NCBI GenBank assembly: GCA_014729085.1
Contig: WJKM01000023.1
Span: 13,648 to 77,647 of the forward strand
Direction: 5' to 3'
Length of the DNA stretch: 64,000 nt
Origin: Candidatus Dojkabacteria bacterium
GTDB lineage: Bacteria > Patescibacteriota > Dojkabacteria > B142 > WJKM01
This document shows, piece after piece, positions 18,117 through 28,379 of this stretch. A program made the translations under genes and the position numbers. The notes below the pieces were generated by a model that saw nothing but the letters and a program-made list of their open reading frames with translations, had not been told where the DNA came from and searched no databases. Position 1 is the first letter of the stretch. The number at the start of each line of letters is the position of its first letter.

Positions 18117-19874
18117 ATGACACTACTCAACAACTTTTTTCGCAAATTAAAAAGGATCTTTATTAGTGAACAAAAAGATATCGTAGAAACAAGTTTCTTT
18201 CTAATGTTTATAATTGGAATTACCAAACTTAGTGGTTTCCTCTATTCGGCAATTGTTGCAAGTAAACTTGGGGCAGACAGGCCTCTCGATCTTTTTATTC
18301 TTGCAAATACCCTTCCAGAAATGATCGGAAATTTAATTCTAATTGGCATTATTGGTGCAGTATTTATCCCCATTTTAATAAAAGTACAGACAGAAAAAGG
18401 GAATATAAAATTTTTAAGATTGTTTAATACACTACTTAATATTTCAATATTAAGTTTTATTTTTCTATCAATTTTTATTTCAGTTTCTGCAAATTGGTTT
18501 TTTCCCTATCTGCTTAATCACGTTCTAAAACCTAGTGAAGTTTATACGTCTCAAGAAATAACTGAGGTTGTTAGAATGATGAGACTCTTATTTATCCCTC
18601 AAATAGTTCTAGGCGTTAGTACATTCTATTCCAGTGGGATTAATATTTACAATAGATTCCTTATTCCGCAGTTAGCTCCCCTATTCTATAACTTTGGAAG
18701 AATAATCGGTGCTTATATACTTATCCCCTTCCTGGGTGTTGAGGGACTTGTATGGGGTACATTAATTGGCTCGTTTTTACATCTTTTAATTCAAACCCCT
18801 TTAACATATAAATTAGGAATTAAACATATGCCGGTTTTGGAGATAAAAGACAAATATACAATAGAATCTATCAAATTTGGCATTCCCAGAATACTTGGTC
18901 TAGGAGCAGAATACTTTGCAAACAGTATTGACAAATTTATCGCAGCTAGATTTATTGGTGGATCTGTTTCGGCTTTTGATTTTGCAATTAAATTAGTCTC
19001 AATTCCACTCTCTCTTTTTGGATTAACTTTTTCAACAGCATCATTTCCTACGCTTGCTAGGCTTTTTCAAACAAACAAAAAAACAGAATTTGTTAAACTA
19101 TTTCTAAAGATGTTAAATCAAATCTTATTTCTCTCTGTTCCAGTAACAATAATACTTTTAATATTACGTGTATCTTTAGTTCGTTTATTTTTTGGTATTT
19201 TTGGAGGAGAATTTGATTTTGAAGCTACTTATTTAACAGCTTGGATAGTATCATTTTTTGCAATCGGACTTGCTTTAGAAAGCGCAAGAAGTCTCCTCTA
19301 TAGATCCTTCTATGCTGCAAACGATACAATGAATCCTCTGTTGTCTGCTGTTTTTACTGTGATTTTTGGAATAGTAACAGGTATACTATTCACTAATTAT
19401 TTCAGTCATTTTGATACTTTTGAATTCTCAGCTCTAAAATGGAATATAAACTATTTTTTCGAGACAAAAAATGGGAAAGCTGCTGCAGGTGGCCTGGCAC
19501 TAAGTTCTAGTATAGTCTATATTCTAGAATTTTTCTTATTAATTTACTTATTTAACAAAAAAGTAGCGCATATTAAACTTAAAATACTTCTCAAAACTAT
19601 ACTAAAAAAAATCATTGCTGGCTCGATTATGGCTTTGGTCATGTATTCGTTCTTCAAACTTTGGGGAAATACAGTTTTCCAAGAAAAAACTGCAATCTTA
19701 TTTATTCTAGTTAGTGCAACCGTATTCATCGGATTATTTTCATATCTTTGGGCGAGTTATGTGCTTAAAATTCCAGAATTTTCTCTCTTTATGAAATTAG
19801 GAGGAAGACGCATAAAACAAAAAATCGAACAACAAATAAGTCAAATACAAGCAAGTCTACAGAATTATTCTTAA
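18117..19874 (+). CDS. murJ: Lipid II flippase MurJ/MviN
   Basis: About 14 TM; AVFIP, P.LAPLFYN, GLVWGTLIG, P.SLFG..STASFPTLA, RSFYAANDT..P. Confidence 0.9.
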   Translation: MTLLNNFFRKLKRIFISEQKDIVETSFFLMFIIGITKLSGFLYSAIVASKLGADRPLDLFILANTLPEMIGNLILIGIIGAVFIPILIKVQTEKGNIKFLRLFNTLLNISILSFIFLSIFISVSANWFFPYLLNHVLKPSEVYTSQEITEVVRMMRLLFIPQIVLGVSTFYSSGINIYNRFLIPQLAPLFYNFGRIIGAYILIPFLGVEGLVWGTLIGSFLHLLIQTPLTYKLGIKHMPVLEIKDKYTIESIKFGIPRILGLGAEYFANSIDKFIAARFIGGSVSAFDFAIKLVSIPLSLFGLTFSTASFPTLARLFQTNKKTEFVKLFLKMLNQILFLSVPVTIILLILRVSLVRLFFGIFGGEFDFEATYLTAWIVSFFAIGLALESARSLLYRSFYAANDTMNPLLSAVFTVIFGIVTGILFTNYFSHFDTFEFSALKWNINYFFETKNGKAAAGGLALSSSIVYILEFFLLIYLFNKKVAHIKLKILLKTILKKIIAGSIMALVMYSFFKLWGNTVFQEKTAILFILVSATVFIGLFSYLWASYVLKIPEFSLFMKLGGRRIKQKIEQQISQIQASLQNYS

Positions 19875-19936
19875 CTGATTTCCATTTTAAATTTTAGAGA
19901 TAGTATAATATAGAGTTAATCTTTCATACGTTTTGA

Positions 19937-20779
19937 ATGCAGACTTTAAAAGATTCCAATTCAGAAAGCTCAAATACTCCTGAAGCATTTAGAGACGATC
20001 AGGCTCATAAAACAAAAGACATGGATTCAAATTTAAAAGGTAATTACTATGATCCAAGAGAGGATGAATATTTAGATCAAATTGACAGGTTAGAAAAAGA
20101 TGTTAAAAAGTTAAAGAAAAAAACTAAAAAAAGAATAGGCTGTAAAAAATTTTCTTGCCTGGGATGTTCCACTTTAATAATTCTCATTACCTTAATAATC
20201 TATATTAAACCCCCTTTTATATTAAACCCAATAAAATCATATATTAACGCTGACTATTCAAACGAAATACCTTCGTATGAAATAAAAAAATTTAATATCA
20301 ATGATAATATTTCAGAAGAATCGGCTCAAATAATTAGCTTTAAACTGGATGAAAACGACTTAATTAATCTTCTGGATTGTTCAGGTTGCAGAATGAAAAT
20401 TGATAGAGTTGAGCTACATAAGGAAAAAATAATTTTATTCAAAAATTTGGCAAATAAAGGATATCCTCTTTGGTTAGCTCTAGAAATTTCGAATCAGAAC
20501 GATCATTTTGATGTTAAAAAAATTGGTTTTGGAAAATTCCCTCTTCCCGATAGTATAGAAAAACCATTTAAACAGCTCATTTTGATTAACGAAGCTGACG
20601 ATAATTCTCTTACTAAAGAAATTTTAAATAAAATACTTGGACCAGAGCTTTCTCAGATTACAAAACCACAAAATATAATATTTAGAGAAAATGAAATGGT
20701 AATTACATTACAAAGTAAGGATCTTGATCAATCAGAAGAAATTGATTTCCAAGAATATATAAAAGAATTAATTCCCTAG
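19937..20779 (+). CDS. Hypothetical single-pass membrane protein
   Basis: Acidic N-terminus, Lys-rich and Cys-rich segment, TM helix, extracytoplasmic domain. Confidence 0.6.
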   Translation: MQTLKDSNSESSNTPEAFRDDQAHKTKDMDSNLKGNYYDPREDEYLDQIDRLEKDVKKLKKKTKKRIGCKKFSCLGCSTLIILITLIIYIKPPFILNPIKSYINADYSNEIPSYEIKKFNINDNISEESAQIISFKLDENDLINLLDCSGCRMKIDRVELHKEKIILFKNLANKGYPLWLALEISNQNDHFDVKKIGFGKFPLPDSIEKPFKQLILINEADDNSLTKEILNKILGPELSQITKPQNIIFRENEMVITLQSKDLDQSEEIDFQEYIKELIP

Positions 20780-20796
20780 TTTTTAACAGTTTATTA

Positions 20797-21720
20797 ATGA
20801 TTCACCTTTTATTTGGAGAAAATTCATTTGCTAGTTATAAAGAATTAGAGTCGATAAAGAACAAATTTAAAAAGGATAATCCAAATAGCGAAATACATGT
20901 AATTGAAGATAAAAATGTAAACATAGATCAAATAAATTTTTCTTCCTATGGTCTATTTGCCAATCCAAGATTATATATTTTTAAAAGATTTTTCGAATTC
21001 GATAAAAACATCCAAAAACAAATAATAGATGAATTGAAAACTAATTTAGATGAAATGTATATAATCTGGACAGACCGAAAAATTGATAAAAGACTAAAAA
21101 TGTACAAAACTTTGAAAAAGATAGCTGAATGCAACGAATTTAAAAAGCTTAATTCATCTCAAATGCGCAAATGGATTTTAAAACAAGCAAAAATATTAAA
21201 CCTAGAAATAAATCAAAACCATATTGACCTTTTACTTTCAAGATTTGAGAATAATCAAGCTCTAATATATTCTGAGCTAAAGAAATTAAAACTACTCATT
21301 CAAGCTCAAAACAAAAAAAAGATTGATGATAAAGCTCTACAAATCTTAAGTGGTACTGATCTCTTTGACATATGGGATTTTATCCAAAAATTCTTTCATA
21401 AACAAAAAAAAGAAGCTCTAGAATTCATAAATAATATAAATTTTGATAACCAAAGTGAATTCATGATAATTGGAAGCCTAGCATCTCAAGTAAGATGTAT
21501 ATATCTAATTAAAAAATATAGCCCAAAGAAATCAAAAGAAATACAGAAGAAACTAAGCATACATCCTTTTACATATTCTCAATGTACTAAATATGCGCAA
21601 AATTTTTCCCTTGAACGTATAAAGAGACTGTATCAGCAGTTAGCGAACTTAGACTTTTCATTAAAACAAGGAAAAATTTTCCCTAAACTCGCCTTATCAT
21701 TACTTGTCCTTTCTCTATAA
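20797..21720 (+). CDS. holA: DNA polymerase III subunit delta
   Basis: MIHLLFGEN, GLFA, DKR, ELKKL, IHPF, LANLD..LKQG. Confidence 0.88.
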   Translation: MIHLLFGENSFASYKELESIKNKFKKDNPNSEIHVIEDKNVNIDQINFSSYGLFANPRLYIFKRFFEFDKNIQKQIIDELKTNLDEMYIIWTDRKIDKRLKMYKTLKKIAECNEFKKLNSSQMRKWILKQAKILNLEINQNHIDLLLSRFENNQALIYSELKKLKLLIQAQNKKKIDDKALQILSGTDLFDIWDFIQKFFHKQKKEALEFINNINFDNQSEFMIIGSLASQVRCIYLIKKYSPKKSKEIQKKLSIHPFTYSQCTKYAQNFSLERIKRLYQQLANLDFSLKQGKIFPKLALSLLVLSL

Positions 21721-21801
21721 CTAAGTAATACCCAAAGTATTTTATTTTAAAGCTCTTCATAAATTGATAAAATAAATATTGAGAAATTTGATTAATCAAC
21801 T

Positions 21802-23073
21802 ATGCTGAAAGCATCAAACATTATGAGTTTAATAAAAATTTTCAAAAATCATATTAAAATTACAATTCAGATTCTTTTTATTTTCATTGCATCTTTTACT
21901 TTAATAAACATAATAAGAGCTCAATATATAGAAATTTCTCCTGAGGATATAAACCTGCCACAGAATGAATCTACTGCAAAAATTGAATACACAACACCAA
22001 AATCCCTAGTCCTTGTACCCCTATCTCCTCCAGAAAGAGATTTTCGAGCCTCTAATACTGAATGGTATAAGGGTATTTACTACTATCAAACAACAAGATA
22101 TAACCTACCAGCTATCTCCTTCCATTACGTTATTACAGAGGATGGAAAACTAATAGAAAACGAATATTCCGTTGGCGACAGAAAAATTGATATTACGAAC
22201 GAACAAATCGAAAATCCAATTTTAGTTGCATATATGACTCCAAAAGGAAGTATTAGATTTAACCCCATTTCTAAAGGCAAAATTCAATCTATTCTTGTTG
22301 ACATTGTAAATGAAAACGCTATTTCCCCTGAAAATATATATATTAAAGGCATTCAATTCATAAGTACAGATAACCGCCAATTGAAGATTGTACTTAAGGA
22401 ACTTTTCATCGGATGGCAGAGAGAGCTAGACCAAATGCGAGACTTTATAGTACAAAACTACAATCCAATTGAGAAAAAAATTAATATTGAAGTTAAAAAT
22501 ATTAATCTTCCCGAAGAAAAACAAAAGGTAAATACTAAAGTAAAAGGAACTATAACAATAAAGAATACAGGTCAATTTCCAATCTATGGTGGAACTGATG
22601 ACCAATTGCTCTTAACAAAAGTTGATAGCGAAGACGAAGATAATACGGAAAGTGCATTTTTTATTAATGATTTATGGGTTTCCCAAACTCAAATTAATCT
22701 GATGGAAAATGATCAAGTAATAATGCCAGATCAGGAAACCTCTATTGAATTCCAATTGTTTGTACCCCTGGAGACAGAACAAATATCAGAAATGTTTTAT
22801 ATTACAAATTTGAAAGGAGAAATTTTATCTGATGAGCTGAATTTGACTATACAAATTGCTGAGATTGATCAGGAGGTTATTGAAATTTTATCTCCTGAGG
22901 CTGGTTATTTAAAAGTTAGGGCTGCCCCATCTTTGTCTGCAGATGAGATTACTCGTGTTTCATCTGGTGCAAGATATTTTGTTCTTGAAAAAGAAAGCGG
23001 ATGGATCAAAATTCAAGTAGAAGAAGATATATCGGGATGGGTTTATGGAAAATATACAGAAAAATTAAACTAA
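21802..23073 (+). CDS. PGRP/Amidase_2-like domain + Ig-like domain + SH3b cell-wall binding protein
   Basis: ISFHYVITEDG; ITIKNTG; YLKVRAAPS...GWIKI...GWVYG. Confidence 0.7.
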   Translation: MLKASNIMSLIKIFKNHIKITIQILFIFIASFTLINIIRAQYIEISPEDINLPQNESTAKIEYTTPKSLVLVPLSPPERDFRASNTEWYKGIYYYQTTRYNLPAISFHYVITEDGKLIENEYSVGDRKIDITNEQIENPILVAYMTPKGSIRFNPISKGKIQSILVDIVNENAISPENIYIKGIQFISTDNRQLKIVLKELFIGWQRELDQMRDFIVQNYNPIEKKINIEVKNINLPEEKQKVNTKVKGTITIKNTGQFPIYGGTDDQLLLTKVDSEDEDNTESAFFINDLWVSQTQINLMENDQVIMPDQETSIEFQLFVPLETEQISEMFYITNLKGEILSDELNLTIQIAEIDQEVIEILSPEAGYLKVRAAPSLSADEITRVSSGARYFVLEKESGWIKIQVEEDISGWVYGKYTEKLN

Positions 23074-23277
23074 AATTTTGTAAATTAATATATTGACCAC
23101 TTATACTTTTGTCTGATATCTTGTATAATAGATTTCAACATTAATATTAATCTGGTCTTAGTTTACAGATTAATTCAAATCGCATTTTTTTACTACTTTA
23201 CTCTACTTTCAGCCTTATCAGTATATCAATTCTTGATCACCAAACTTATTTTATCTATTTTTAATTACTTGCAAATT

Positions 23278-24303
23278 ATGACAAAAAATGACAAGAAAAA
23301 AACTGCTCAGAAGAAAGAAAAAGGTAAAAAGAAAGCTGTAGATACCGCTCTTTCACAAATTGAAAAACAATTTGGAAAAGGGTCAATCATGAAGTTTGGT
23401 GAAGATTCTCATCAAAAAGTCGAGGTTATTTCTACCGGTGCAATCTCTCTTGATATTGCATTAGGAATTGGAGGTATTCCAAAAGGAAGAATAATTGAAA
23501 TATACGGACCTGAATCCTCTGGGAAAACTACTCTAGCTATGCATATGATGGCGGAAGCACAAGCAGCTGGTGGTACTGCTGCGTTTGTAGATGCAGAACA
23601 TGCATTTGATCCAACTTATGCAAAGAATATCGGAATAAATTTAGATGATCTATATATTTCGCAACCCGACTATGGAGAACAGGCTCTTGAGATTGTAGAA
23701 ACTCTTGTAAGATCTGGAGGCTTTGATATCATAGCAATTGACTCAGTAGCTGCTCTTACACCAAGGGCAGAAATAGAAGGTGAAATGGGAGATTCACATA
23801 TGGGTTTACAGGCAAGATTGATGAGCCAAGCATTAAGAAAATTAACAGCAATTACCGCAAAAACCAAGGCTACTGTAGTATTCATCAATCAATTAAGAAT
23901 GAAAATTGGAATAATGTTTGGTAATCCAGAAACCACAACCGGAGGGAATGCTTTAAAATTTTATAGTTCAGTAAGACTTGATATACGAAAAAAGGAAACA
24001 CTAAAAGACAAGGATGGAGTTAAAGGCCACATGGTTAGAGTCAAAGTTGCAAAAAACAAGACTGCCCCTCCATTTAAAGAAGCTTATTTTGAAATTATCT
24101 ATCCAAACGGTATAGACAAATATTCAAGTTTAATTGATGCTGCCCTAAATTTCGATATCATAGAAAAAGCCGGTTCTTGGTATAAGTATGGTGATACTCA
24201 ACTTGGGCAAGGAAAAGATGCTGCAAAAGAGGTACTAAGTACTGATAAAAAGTTAACAAAGGAAATACTGAAAAAAGTTAAAAAAGAAGCTGGCATAGAA
24301 TAA
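23278..24303 (+). CDS. recA: Recombinase RecA
   Basis: [39 protein letters not shown]; ATG 23278 preferred. Confidence 0.98.
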   Translation: MTKNDKKKTAQKKEKGKKKAVDTALSQIEKQFGKGSIMKFGEDSHQKVEVISTGAISLDIALGIGGIPKGRIIEIYGPESSGKTTLAMHMMAEAQAAGGTAAFVDAEHAFDPTYAKNIGINLDDLYISQPDYGEQALEIVETLVRSGGFDIIAIDSVAALTPRAEIEGEMGDSHMGLQARLMSQALRKLTAITAKTKATVVFINQLRMKIGIMFGNPETTTGGNALKFYSSVRLDIRKKETLKDKDGVKGHMVRVKVAKNKTAPPFKEAYFEIIYPNGIDKYSSLIDAALNFDIIEKAGSWYKYGDTQLGQGKDAAKEVLSTDKKLTKEILKKVKKEAGIE

Positions 24304-24328
24304 TAAAAGGGGGATTTTCCCCCTTTTA
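24304..24328 (+). terminator. Intrinsic terminator after recA
   Basis: AAAAGGGGGA-TTT-TCCCCCTTTT hairpin. Confidence 0.8.
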
Positions 24329-24367
24329 ATGATTAGATTATATTTATTGAAATTTATTACTAAAATC

Positions 24368-24961
24368 ATGGTAAGTCTTCATAAAGTTCTAAGGTATTTA
24401 TTTGTTTCTAAAGTCAGAATCAAATGTCTTAAGTATTTTTTTCTTAATCAAGATGTACCAATACACTTAAGAGGAATGGCCAGAGAACTTAATGAGGAAA
24501 TAAATGCAGTAAGAAGAGAATTGATGAGATTAGATGAAATTAAACTCCTTAAATCTACTAAGAGGGGTAATAAAAAATATTTCTCCTTGAATTTTGATTT
24601 CCCTTATTTTGAAGAGTTTTGTAGTTTATTTATTAAAAGCGATGGGCTTGGCGAAGATATTATTAAAAAGCATAATAAGCTTGGAGCTATCTATTTTGCT
24701 GCACTTACATCAGCATTTGTTAGCGGAGTTAATATAAATCACAAAGAGATTGACCTAATTATTATTGGCGATATAGATTTGGAACTTTTGGGGGAGATTG
24801 TTAGAAAAGAAGAGGAAAAGATTGGGAGAGAAATAAACTATACTGTTCTAAAACTTGCAGAATTCAACCTCCGCAAAAAAAGAAAAGACCCGTTTATTAC
24901 TAATCTTCTTCTGTCTACCAAAGTATTACTAATAGGTAACCGAGAAGAATATGTTTCCTAA
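24368..24961 (+). CDS. Winged-HTH + degenerate nucleotidyltransferase-like protein
   Basis: LF.SKVR, HLRGMAREL..INAVRREL..L, GNKKYF; EIDLIIIGD, REINYTV; ATG 24368 preferred. Confidence 0.8.
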   Translation: MVSLHKVLRYLFVSKVRIKCLKYFFLNQDVPIHLRGMARELNEEINAVRRELMRLDEIKLLKSTKRGNKKYFSLNFDFPYFEEFCSLFIKSDGLGEDIIKKHNKLGAIYFAALTSAFVSGVNINHKEIDLIIIGDIDLELLGEIVRKEEEKIGREINYTVLKLAEFNLRKKRKDPFITNLLLSTKVLLIGNREEYVS

Positions 24962-24970
24962 GATTATTTA

Positions 24971-24999
24971 GTAAAGTAAAATCAACTTTACCTATCGTT
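24971..24999 (+). promoter_or_regulatory. Putative ECF autoregulatory promoter, near-leaderless transcript
   Basis: GTAAA-N15-CGTT ending 7 nt before the sigma factor ATG. Confidence 0.45.
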
Positions 25000-25006
25000 T
25001 TAATAT

Positions 25007-25576
25007 ATGGATAAAAAGACCGAACTAGAACTAGTTGAAAAAGCAAAAAAAAATATTCAAGCCTTTAACAAACTATATGATTATTATAAAGCTAAAGTAC
25101 TTGGATATTGTATAAATAGATTATCAAACATAGATATTGCAGAAGAAATTACCAGTGATGTATTTCTTTCTGCTGTGGAATCTATTAAGGACTTCGATAC
25201 TAAACGAAATATAAGGTTTGGTTCTTGGCTATACAGCGTCGCTCATAACAAAATTATTGACTACTTCAGAAAAAAGAAAGCATTGCCCCTGGATGAGGAT
25301 TATAAATCTCAAATAAGTGAAACCCAGGATCTAACTAAAGATTTAGTCCAGGATGAAATGCACTATAAAATTGCTAAAATTCTTTCCCTAATAAAACCAA
25401 GATATCAGGAAATAATATCTTTAAGATATTTTGCGGAACTGGAAAACGATGAAATTGCTAAAATTCTTAAAATTAATAAGAATAACGTAGCTGTATTAAT
25501 TCACAGAGCATTGAAATCATTTAAAAAAGAGTTTGAAAATACTTTTCCAGAAACTGAAATATTTGAGCTATTTTAA
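25007..25576 (+). CDS. ECF RNA polymerase sigma factor
   Basis: AF..LY, AEEITSDVF, FGSWLYSVAHNKIIDYFRK, region-4 EIAKIL..HRA. Confidence 0.93.
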   Translation: MDKKTELELVEKAKKNIQAFNKLYDYYKAKVLGYCINRLSNIDIAEEITSDVFLSAVESIKDFDTKRNIRFGSWLYSVAHNKIIDYFRKKKALPLDEDYKSQISETQDLTKDLVQDEMHYKIAKILSLIKPRYQEIISLRYFAELENDEIAKILKINKNNVAVLIHRALKSFKKEFENTFPETEIFELF

Positions 25577-25591
25577 CGATATATAGATACT

Positions 25592-27160
25592 ATGAAGAAT
25601 AGCGAAAAATCAAAGAAAAACAAAATAAATGCAGAGCAATTCTTCTCTCAGCACAAAATAAGTGTTGAAGATAAGTCTAGCAGTGCTTTTGAATCCTTTT
25701 TCGAATCTCTTCGAGATAAGCTAAATTCTTCATATCTATCTAAAATTAGTTCTTCAAATACTATGGATAAGAAGAAATCCCTATTTTCACCTCAGCTACT
25801 TTTTGGAGGTGGTTTCCTTGTTGCTATTATTGCAGCATTATTAATCCTTTCCCCTACTCTTGTAAAAAATCGAACACTTGGGGGAGAAATTATTTATGTT
25901 GAGGGAAATGTTGAATATCAAACACCTGAAGGCGGTTGGTATGAGGCAGAAGAATATACTTCCTTAGCAGAAGGATCTGCTGTACGTGTACTTGATCAAG
26001 GGAAAGCTATTATCAATCTTGATGATGGAAGTGTACTCAGACTAAATTCAGATTCTCAAATCTCCTTAGATTCAATGGATCCAAATAGTATCGAAATTAA
26101 CAATCATAAAGGAATAGTCTATTCTCGTATTGTTGAAAGTGAACGTAAATTTGTAGTTAATGTTGCAGGAAGACAGATTGAGTCTCTTGGTACCTCTTAT
26201 AAAACAATCAATATTGACGAAAAGAAAGGCGTTAGAGTCTATCAAAACAAAGTCAAAGTGCATAATCAAGAAGGAGAAGAAGAAGCCATTGTAAAAGAAG
26301 GAAATAAATACTATTTTGAACACAACACAAATCCGGATGCTACTGATAAAGTATTAGAAATGACAGTTGAAGAAATAAAAAGAGATGATTTTATACTCTG
26401 GAATAAAGAACTGGATGAAAAAATTGATGAATTTAAAGATGAAATGGGAGTGCTTGCAGAGTTGGATACTAAATCAGAACCAAATCAAACACCAACCGAA
26501 AAACCGACTGAGGAAGTTACAGAGAAACCAACAGAAACTCCATCTCCAACAGCAAAACCTACAACTGAGATAACAAAGAAAATTGCTCTTTCAGCAAAAA
26601 CAGGTACTGATGGAATAAAATTTACTTGGAGCGTATCTGGTATTGATACTTCGAAAGGTTTCAAAATTGTAAGAAGCACATCTACAAGTACACCTGTATA
26701 CCCAGGTAATGATTATTATTATATTACCGATCCTAATGCAAGAAGTTACTATGCAAAACTTCAAGACGGAAAGACATATTATGTAAGAATATGTCAATAT
26801 CTAGGTGGCTCCTGTGGACTTTATAGTAATACAATTAAAGTTACAGCTCCTACATATGTAAAACCAACTGAACAACCAACCAATTCAGTTTCGTCTATAA
26901 GTCTATCTGGAAGTGGAACAAATTTCTCTTGGACAGCCGACGGCTATTCAGAAAAAGGATTTAAATTAGTATGGTCTAAAAACTCAAATCCAACTTATCC
27001 AACTAGAAGTGGAGATTATTACCAATATTACAGTTCGCCTGATGCCACCTCTGGTACAATCAGTGCGAAGGATGGTTCGGGTACATATTATGTAAGGGTA
27101 TGCGAATATCTAGGAGGATCTTGTGGAATATACTCTAACCAAGTTACTGTTACCCTTTAA
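25592..27160 (+). CDS. FecR-domain anti-sigma factor with PT linker and two tandem FN3-like repeats
   Basis: TM; AIINLDDGSVLRLNSDS, SLGT; two repeats GFK(I/L)V.S...P.YP...YYVR(I/V)C.YLGGSCG.YSN. Confidence 0.82.
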   Translation: MKNSEKSKKNKINAEQFFSQHKISVEDKSSSAFESFFESLRDKLNSSYLSKISSSNTMDKKKSLFSPQLLFGGGFLVAIIAALLILSPTLVKNRTLGGEIIYVEGNVEYQTPEGGWYEAEEYTSLAEGSAVRVLDQGKAIINLDDGSVLRLNSDSQISLDSMDPNSIEINNHKGIVYSRIVESERKFVVNVAGRQIESLGTSYKTINIDEKKGVRVYQNKVKVHNQEGEEEAIVKEGNKYYFEHNTNPDATDKVLEMTVEEIKRDDFILWNKELDEKIDEFKDEMGVLAELDTKSEPNQTPTEKPTEEVTEKPTETPSPTAKPTTEITKKIALSAKTGTDGIKFTWSVSGIDTSKGFKIVRSTSTSTPVYPGNDYYYITDPNARSYYAKLQDGKTYYVRICQYLGGSCGLYSNTIKVTAPTYVKPTEQPTNSVSSISLSGSGTNFSWTADGYSEKGFKLVWSKNSNPTYPTRSGDYYQYYSSPDATSGTISAKDGSGTYYVRVCEYLGGSCGIYSNQVTVTL

Positions 27161-27176
27161 ATTTAAACAATATATT

Positions 27177-27207
27177 TAAAAATACCAGCTAGAGGCTGGT
27201 ATTTTTA
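27177..27207 (+). terminator. Intrinsic terminator
   Basis: TAAAAATACCAGC-TAGAG-GCTGGTATTTTTA. Confidence 0.85.
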
Positions 27208-27321
27208 GGTCTACAAAGAATTTTCCTTTATTTATCAATTTTCATATTGACAAGTATTTACATAATAATGAATAATGTTATCAGGAATCATTACTAATAA
27301 TTAACTTTTTAATTAAAATCT

Positions 27322-27885
27322 ATGATAAAAATAAATGAAAATATTCCTGATTTCGAGCTTGAGGCTTTCTATGAAGATGAAATCAAAAAAATTAACCTCT
27401 CAGATTATAAGGGGAAATGGCTGGTTTTATTATTCTATCCTGCTGACTTTACTTTTGTATGTCCAACAGAACTTGAACAGGCAGCAATTTTATATGATAA
27501 ATTCAAAGCAGAAGAAGCTGAAATTTTAAGTGTGAGCACCGATACTGCTTTTGTCCATAAGGCATGGCACGATCATTCCAAAGCTATTAGTAAAATCCAG
27601 TATCCAATGGTTGCAGATCCTAGTGGAGCACTTTGCAAAGCTTTCGGGACTTACATAGATGACGAAGGTTTATCTTTTAGAGCAACTTTTATTATAAACC
27701 CAGAAGGAAAGCTCAAGTCACTTGAAATTCATGATAATAGCATTGGTAGAAATATAGAGGAGATACTTAGAAAGCTCCAAGCTTCGAAATATGTTGCAGA
27801 ACACGGCGACGAAGCCTGTCCTGTAAATTGGAAGCCTGGAGATAAAACTTTGAAACCAGGATTGGATCTTGTTGGAAAAATTTAA
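27322..27885 (+). CDS. ahpC: Alkyl hydroperoxide reductase C (2-Cys peroxiredoxin)
   Basis: FYPADFTFVCPTE, HKAWHD, IGRN, ACP..W.PG. Confidence 0.96.
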   Translation: MIKINENIPDFELEAFYEDEIKKINLSDYKGKWLVLLFYPADFTFVCPTELEQAAILYDKFKAEEAEILSVSTDTAFVHKAWHDHSKAISKIQYPMVADPSGALCKAFGTYIDDEGLSFRATFIINPEGKLKSLEIHDNSIGRNIEEILRKLQASKYVAEHGDEACPVNWKPGDKTLKPGLDLVGKI

Positions 27886-27941
27886 TAATATAAAGGTAGT
27901 ACTCTAAAAGTTACCTTAGCTTAATTATTAAATTTTTTACT

Positions 27942-28316
27942 ATGGTTCAATTAAACCAAGTATATAAATGCAATGTCTGTGGCAATATGGTTGAAATTGT
28001 TCATGCAAGTGTTGGTCAGCTTGTATGTTGCAATGAACCAATGGAACTACTCGAAGAAATAACTGAAGACAAGGGTTTAGAAAAACATGTCCCAGTTATC
28101 GAAGAAACCGAAAATGGAATATTAGTAAAGATAGGTTCTGTTGATCATCCTATGGAGGAAGACCATTATATTGAATGGATCGAGGTGATAACTAATGGAC
28201 AAGTCTACAGAAAATTTTTAAGTCCAAATGATGAACCAAAAGCAGAATTCAATGTTCCAATAGAAGGAGCGGAAGCAAGGGCATACTGTAATATACATGG
28301 ACTTTGGAAAAGTTGA
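27942..28316 (+). CDS. dfx: Desulfoferrodoxin (2Fe superoxide reductase)
   Basis: YKCNVCGN, LVCC, EKHVP, HPMEEDHYIEWI, YCNIHGLW. Confidence 0.96.
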   Translation: MVQLNQVYKCNVCGNMVEIVHASVGQLVCCNEPMELLEEITEDKGLEKHVPVIEETENGILVKIGSVDHPMEEDHYIEWIEVITNGQVYRKFLSPNDEPKAEFNVPIEGAEARAYCNIHGLWKS

Positions 28317-28379
28317 CATAAAGTAGAAATCAAAGAATAATATAGTTAGAATAACTAATATATTACTCTTCAGTATTTT

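Noticed and set aside
23090-23277. LexA/SOS box upstream of recA
   Set aside because: A promoter-like TATAAT and a small hairpin are present, but no convincing known SOS palindrome
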